A DNA stretch of 63,141 nucleotides, the filler included, from Stramenopiles sp. TOSAG23-6 (taxonomy: Eukaryota), in the NCBI GenBank assembly GCA_900128565.1. It is 10 parts of 10 records of this genome, joined end to end, with 100 filler letters (N's around TTAATTAATTAA, not from the genome) between each part and the next. Parts side by side here need not be neighbours in the genome. Positions count along the whole stretch, not along the records: positions 53,304 to 60,779 come from LT636561.1; positions 60,880 to 61,960 come from LT639773.1; positions 62,061 to 63,141 come from LT639774.1; 7 more parts are not named here. One strand, 5' to 3'. A program made the translations under genes and the position numbers. This document shows, piece after piece, positions 58,263 through 63,141 of the stretch. Every line of letters begins with the position of its first letter. The stretch's first letter is position 1. Under the pieces are notes generated by a model that was not told where the DNA came from, ran no database searches, and worked only from the letters and a program-made list of their open reading frames with translations.

Positions 58263-59600
58263 TCATATATTTTCGTGTTTTCGTTTTTTCCCTGTATTTG
58301 AAGTACACAATTCTTCATTTACAGAAGTAGAAGTTTTTTCTACACAAGTTGATACCGCTGCAATATTTTCATTTATAGTTGAAATATGACCTGGGCGCAC
58401 TAAGATAACCTTCTGTCTCGGTATATTATTTGTTTTCCCTACTGTTTCTTTTATACAATCTTCATTTAATATTTTAACTTTATATCTACCTCTTTTTTCA
58501 TCTAAACCTATAATTACACCTTCACGACCATTATATTGTATGCCTTTTTTCTGTAAACCTACCACTCGACAACTTTGACCCACTGAAAATTGATCCAAAA
58601 GTTGTCGAGTATTTTTCACTACAACAACATTTGTTTTTGGTATCTGTGAAGTGTCTTGCTTGGTATTCTCATAACGAGATTTAGCACGAGATGCCCGTCG
58701 GGCACGTTGAGCTGCCCATCTACGCGTAGAACAGACTTTGTCTTCTTGTTGTTGCTGTGCTCTGTTTGTTTGAATAGGTTTGTGTATCCTTGTTCTATTT
58801 TGTGTATTTAGTCGTCTCGACCTCCGAAAAGAAATCGAATTATTTCGTGTACGTCTAAGATTTGGTACACGAACGGATGATGCAGACCTTCTTTGTACAG
58901 ATCTTTGTACATTTGTATTTCCAGTTGCCTCCGATGTAGTATTGCTGTTTTTTACTGCTTTCTCCGAAACGTCTTTGACAGTCTCAGAAGTATCAGGAGT
59001 ATCAGGAGTAGGGTTAGGGTTTGTAAAATTTTCACTTAGTCCACGGGGCCTCATTCTAGACACCCTCCCTATCTCAAACTCTTGATCACCAGTAGGAAGT
59101 TCATACCGACATACTGGACATGTATTATGTGTTTTCACCCATGGTTCAATACACTTTCGATGAAAACAATGATTACAGGGAAGTCGGTCAACTCTAAGAT
59201 CTTTGTCAGCATGAACACCCAAATCAAAAGCTTCAAAACAAACCGGGCATGACATTTTACATGCAACTTCCTCCTCTGAAATGCCTGACTTGGGAAGTCG
59301 GTCCAAAATCCCATCCTGTGCAGGTGGTGGTCCGCGTGATTCACCTGCGGCGCGAATACCAGCCTCAACAAAGTGACGTAAAAGATCTAAACCAACACGA
59401 AACAGTTCCGAAGAAACTGGAGGAGTATGAAAACCTATCCCAGAAGAAGAAGTAAAAGTAAAGCTAGCATTATCTAAAAATCGAAATGGATGTGGTCCTG
59501 TCAATACAGCTCGAATAAATTCATTTTCAAGATTAGACTGTGAACTTGTTTGGTCACTATTGGAAGACGAGTTGTCGTCCGGAATACTATGGTTGTCCAT
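58263..59600 (-). CDS. RING-H2 E3 ubiquitin ligase
   Basis: CPVCFE..LPCNHCFHRKCIEPW..HNTCPVCRYELPT. Confidence 0.9.
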   Translation of the reverse strand: MDNHSIPDDNSSSNSDQTSSQSNLENEFIRAVLTGPHPFRFLDNASFTFTSSSGIGFHTPPVSSELFRVGLDLLRHFVEAGIRAAGESRGPPPAQDGILDRLPKSGISEEEVACKMSCPVCFEAFDLGVHADKDLRVDRLPCNHCFHRKCIEPWVKTHNTCPVCRYELPTGDQEFEIGRVSRMRPRGLSENFTNPNPTPDTPDTSETVKDVSEKAVKNSNTTSEATGNTNVQRSVQRRSASSVRVPNLRRTRNNSISFRRSRRLNTQNRTRIHKPIQTNRAQQQQEDKVCSTRRWAAQRARRASRAKSRYENTKQDTSQIPKTNVVVVKNTRQLLDQFSVGQSCRVVGLQKKGIQYNGREGVIIGLDEKRGRYKVKILNEDCIKETVGKTNNIPRQKVILVRPGHISTINENIAAVSTCVEKTSTSVNEELCTSNTGKKRKHENI

Positions 59601-60218
59601 TCTATTTGTGTCGACACTACTTTACAATTTCAAATATTTAGGGTTTTCAACCAGACGCAACCACCAGATGATATCAAATCTGGATTGTACTGGTATTATT
59701 TGTAGTGATAAGTTATTACACTGTCGATATTCGGGGCGATAGCAAGCGATTTCAAATTGCAGATGTACTTGTTGTTGTTTACAAGTCATGCAGGACAAAC
59801 GAACACAAAGAAGACCGGAAAAGAACAACATCGACGTTTCGTTTTCAAAAAACAAAAAAATAGCTAAGCAAGCAGGTTTGTGTGGTTCCCGATCATTTGT
59901 ACCAAATTCTTGGTATAATGCATTGAAATTTTGCATTATTTCTTGAAATATTCACGAAATGTCATGAAATTCGCTCAACGACAATCTTTTGTTTATTTTG
60001 CTTTAAAGATTATTCTTTTACAATCTCACTCAATTAGATCTAAACAAAGTTGTAAGGTTTATTTGTTTTTTTTGAAATATGCAAAACTTTAAAGAAAATG
60101 ACTTTTATAAAATAAAAAAAGTAATTACATGACAGCTCTGCCGAATTTTGGATAAATAAATTTAATAAAATAACTTTAATAATTTGTTTTATAAATTACG
60201 CAATTTTTTTTTATAAAT

Positions 60219-60724
60219 TTATAAATACAGAGAAGCCGCAAAAACGATATCTCTTTTAATTGCTTTGATACCTTCAAGGAACTTTCCTGCTAATTCTGGA
60301 TTTCCCATGGCTCTACAAGCCGCCGCCAACTCACGTAAAACTTCTTCCAAACGTCTAATGCTTCGTATAATGCTACCTTCAAATTGTTCAGTAACTTTAC
60401 AAATATCAGAAAATTTTGATCCACTTGCCCACATATAAGCTACCTCCATCATTTCAACATTAAATTTTTCAGAATATTCCTTTGGGTCTATATCAATTCC
60501 TGATTCTTGAGACACTTGTGCAATACGTCGTGCTCCATCTTTTAACAGTCGTAGTGGTGCTCGAAGCTCTGGTCGAACAATTTCTTCATCGTCACCTTCA
60601 GTTTTTTTTCTATCATTTCCAGAAAAAACACTCATAAGAGCAACAGTAGTCGGAACATTAAGATCGTTAAAAACACTATTAAATAATAATTCCGTAACTA
60701 ATAATTCATCGGCAGAATTAATAC
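60219..60724 (-). CDS. MTR4: MTR4 RNA helicase, last exon
   Basis: INSADELLVTE, FEGSIIRSIRRLEE, IKRDIVFAASLYL; preceded by a family intron end CAAAATACAT. Confidence 0.92.
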
Positions 60725-60945
60725 ATGTATTTTGGAAAAATATTTGAAAAAAAATCTAAAAAAATTTGTTAGGTACAAANNNNNNNNNNNNNNNNNNNNN
60801 NNNNNNNNNNNNNNNNNNNNNNNTTAATTAATTAANNNNNNNNNNNNNNNNNNNNNNNNNNNNNNNNNNNNNNNNNNNNTACTTTTATACATTGTAGGAT
60901 AATATATTTTTTTTTTTTTTTTTTTTTTTTTAGGAAAAAAATTTC

Positions 60946-60989
<44 letters not shown>

Positions 60990-60993
60990 GTAC

Positions 60994-61947
60994 ATCGTCT
61001 TCTGAAGTAAACACGAAATTAGCTAATTTGATATCCCTATGAGCAATATCTTTGGAATGACAATACTGAATTGCTCCTAACATTTTCCGTACCTAGAGAG
61101 AAAACAAAATGTAAAAAAAAAAAAAATCTTAGGTACAACATTTCGTATGAAAAAAAATTGAAAAAAAAAAATTAAATTTTTTTTTCTTAGGTACGAAATT
61201 TCGTATGAAAAAAAAATTGAAAAAAAAAATAAATTTTTTTTTCTTAGGTACAAAATTTCGTATGAAATATTTAAATAAAAAAACGTACGAGACGTCGAGT
61301 CGCTGATTCTGAATATCGTTTACCAGGTTGTGCTTGTAATCTATCATATAACTCTCCCCCAGTACATAACTCCATGACCATATATTGTACAGAAATATTC
61401 TAAAACTTGAAAAAAAAATTATGTTTTGCTTTTTTGCTTTTTTGCTTTTTTGCTTTTTTGCTTAGGTACAAAAATCCGTATGAAAAAAAAATGTTAGGGT
61501 TAGGGTTTGATATATTTTTTTTGTCCATTTGTAAAGCAAACATTGAAATGAGTGAGGAAAAAAGTACATATGAATAATATCACCTTGTCTATATGTTCGA
61601 TGGAGTTTAACAATGTTTGGATGATCAAGTTGTTTTAAAATTTCGATTTCGTTTAAAAGTGTTTTTCGATATTTTGGTAACACTTTTTGTAAGTCAATAA
61701 TTTTCATGGCATAACGAACTCTAGTGCGTCGATGTTCAATGACGACGACGGAACCTGTCGTACTTTCACCCAACTCTCGTGTACCAATATCATACACATC
61801 TTCTACCTTTTCATCTGTACGTATGGGTACGAGATTACTATAGGATGAACACATCCGTAAAGGTGGGTTGTGTCGTGGTTCAGTCAAATAATCATCATCT
61901 ACACCGCTTTTTTTATGACTATGACTTGTACTAGAACATAAACCCAT
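60994..61947 (-). CDS. CDPK/CaMK-type protein kinase, N-terminal part; introns 61380-61567 and 61093-61288
   Basis: MGLCSS acylation-type start, NEIEILKQLDHPNIVKL, MVMELCTGGELYD, HRDIKLANF. Confidence 0.85.
61093..61288 (-). mobile_element. Family intron with a canonical end (GT..AG) and three tandem core copies
   Basis: CGT CTC|GTACGT...(GTACCTAAG)x3...TCTCTAG|GTA CGG AAA ATG. Confidence 0.8.
61380..61567 (-). mobile_element. Family intron (GT..AT)
   Basis: CAT AT|GTACTT...TACCTAAG...ACAATATAT|G GTC ATG GAG gives IHMVMELCTGGE; the two AGs nearest the 3' end are out of frame. Confidence 0.85.
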
Positions 61948-62060
61948 TATTGTATTTTTTNNNNNNNNNNNNNNNNNNNNNNNNNNNNNNNNNNNNNNNN
62001 NNNNTTAATTAATTAANNNNNNNNNNNNNNNNNNNNNNNNNNNNNNNNNNNNNNNNNNNN

Positions 62061-63060
62061 TATGGAGTGATATTTCGAATCTTGTGACAAAATCATTTAT
62101 TGCATTTGAACCTCTTATAGTCAGTGAATCACGGCGCCTTGGTTATAAAGCCGATAATGGATATGAGTTATTTGGTATAGATATAATGTTGGTGAATGGT
62201 AAAACAAATGACTCGGTTGTCTCATTATCAAAGACGAGTCCACAGCCGGTTCCTATTTTGATTGAATTAAATTATCAGCCACAAATAGATGCTGCCATGC
62301 CAATGGATGTACACTTCCGCCTGCATTAGATAAGCGATTCAGAGCTAAATATCGTAATCAAATAGGTAATAAAAATAATGGCGCTGATGTTGGTGCTGGA
62401 TCTTCTTGGTTTTCTGACAAAACGGATCCATCTATTAGTATTGATTTCACAAATAAACGAAAACCAGAAGTATATAATGGAAGAACTTGTCCAGCGAATG
62501 AACATCCAGAATACATAAAATTCTTCAAAATGATTCGAATGGGTTTACCTCGCTCCCTAGTCATTCAGAAAATGAAACAAGAGACTCAGATGAGAGGTCT
62601 TCGCCCTTTTCTTGTTTTTGATACAACTGCACTTGATGATCCTACAAAACTAGTACCATGGCCAGAACCTGGTGCTGATTGTGGTAGTGGTGATAATGAT
62701 ACAGAGATACCATTGAATGAAGAGAAGTGTCCAACATCTCAACGAGATTTGTTTGAAAAGTTTCGGACAATTGAGTCTTGTATGCACACAAAAGAAAACG
62801 ATACGGAGTATAGTTGTATAATAAATCATAAAGCACAGATTGATGACAGTAGTTTCATAAAACAATTATCAGAAGAATATCGCCGTATTGGTCATTGGCA
62901 TCATATATTTCCTAGAGTAAATGCATCGGTGATAGACTGTGCTGAATTCGCGGAAATGTTTTCCACAAGAGAATCACGGGAAAGATATAAAAACTTAGCG
63001 ACTCATTTACGCGAGGCTTATGCGTCTGGTGTATTGTCTATACACAGCCAAGGAGCATGA
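62061..63060 (+). CDS. Tubulin-tyrosine ligase-like protein, C-terminal part, with a frame break near 62310
   Basis: YELFGIDIML..PILIELNYQP; later HPEYIKFFKMIRMGLP and EEYRRIGHWHHIFP. Confidence 0.7.
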
Positions 63061-63141
63061 GAAGTACTGACTAAATCAATGTTTGAAAATAAAATCTGAT
63101 TTTTATTTCAATGTAATATAATTCCCTGTTTTTTTCTATAT

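Noticed and set aside
1-63141. Alternative genetic code or CRISPR array
   Set aside because: TAA, TAG and TGA all end recognisable genes and frame breaks are explained by introns; no repeat-spacer array was seen

Overview
Gene-dense, AT-rich eukaryotic DNA made of ten unrelated contigs (eight of about 7.5 kb, two of about 1.1 kb) joined by artificial N-TTAATTAATTAA-N linkers. Gene content (CFAP119-like flagellar protein, AP2 and MYB factors, CDPK-like kinase, TOM7, Rab5, SUV3, MTR4, PSF2, BMT2) fits a flagellated protist, plausibly a heterotrophic stramenopile; inversion chimeras suggest single-cell amplified DNA (inference). The main finding is a family of more than 20 related introns of about 85-190 nt. 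They have an RTAYGT-like donor (GT or AT), a palindromic GTACRAAATTTYGTAC core running into a CTAAC branch point, and an AAATATTTTT..CAATAC end. Most can only restore conserved reading frames if they end in NT (AT, CT, TT or GT) rather than AG, with an exonic T just before the donor. They look like introner-type elements with GTAT..ATAC ends and a 2-bp NT duplication, and one tandem pair flanks a 2-nt micro-exon. Other signals: frequent short telomere-type (TTAGGG)2-3 tracts even inside exons, a 3.4-kb CpG-depleted retroelement/SET relic, a tRNA-Gly with a duplicated 3' end, a CASTOR-ACT/HD fusion, and a giant coiled-coil protein with isolated EF-hand loops.
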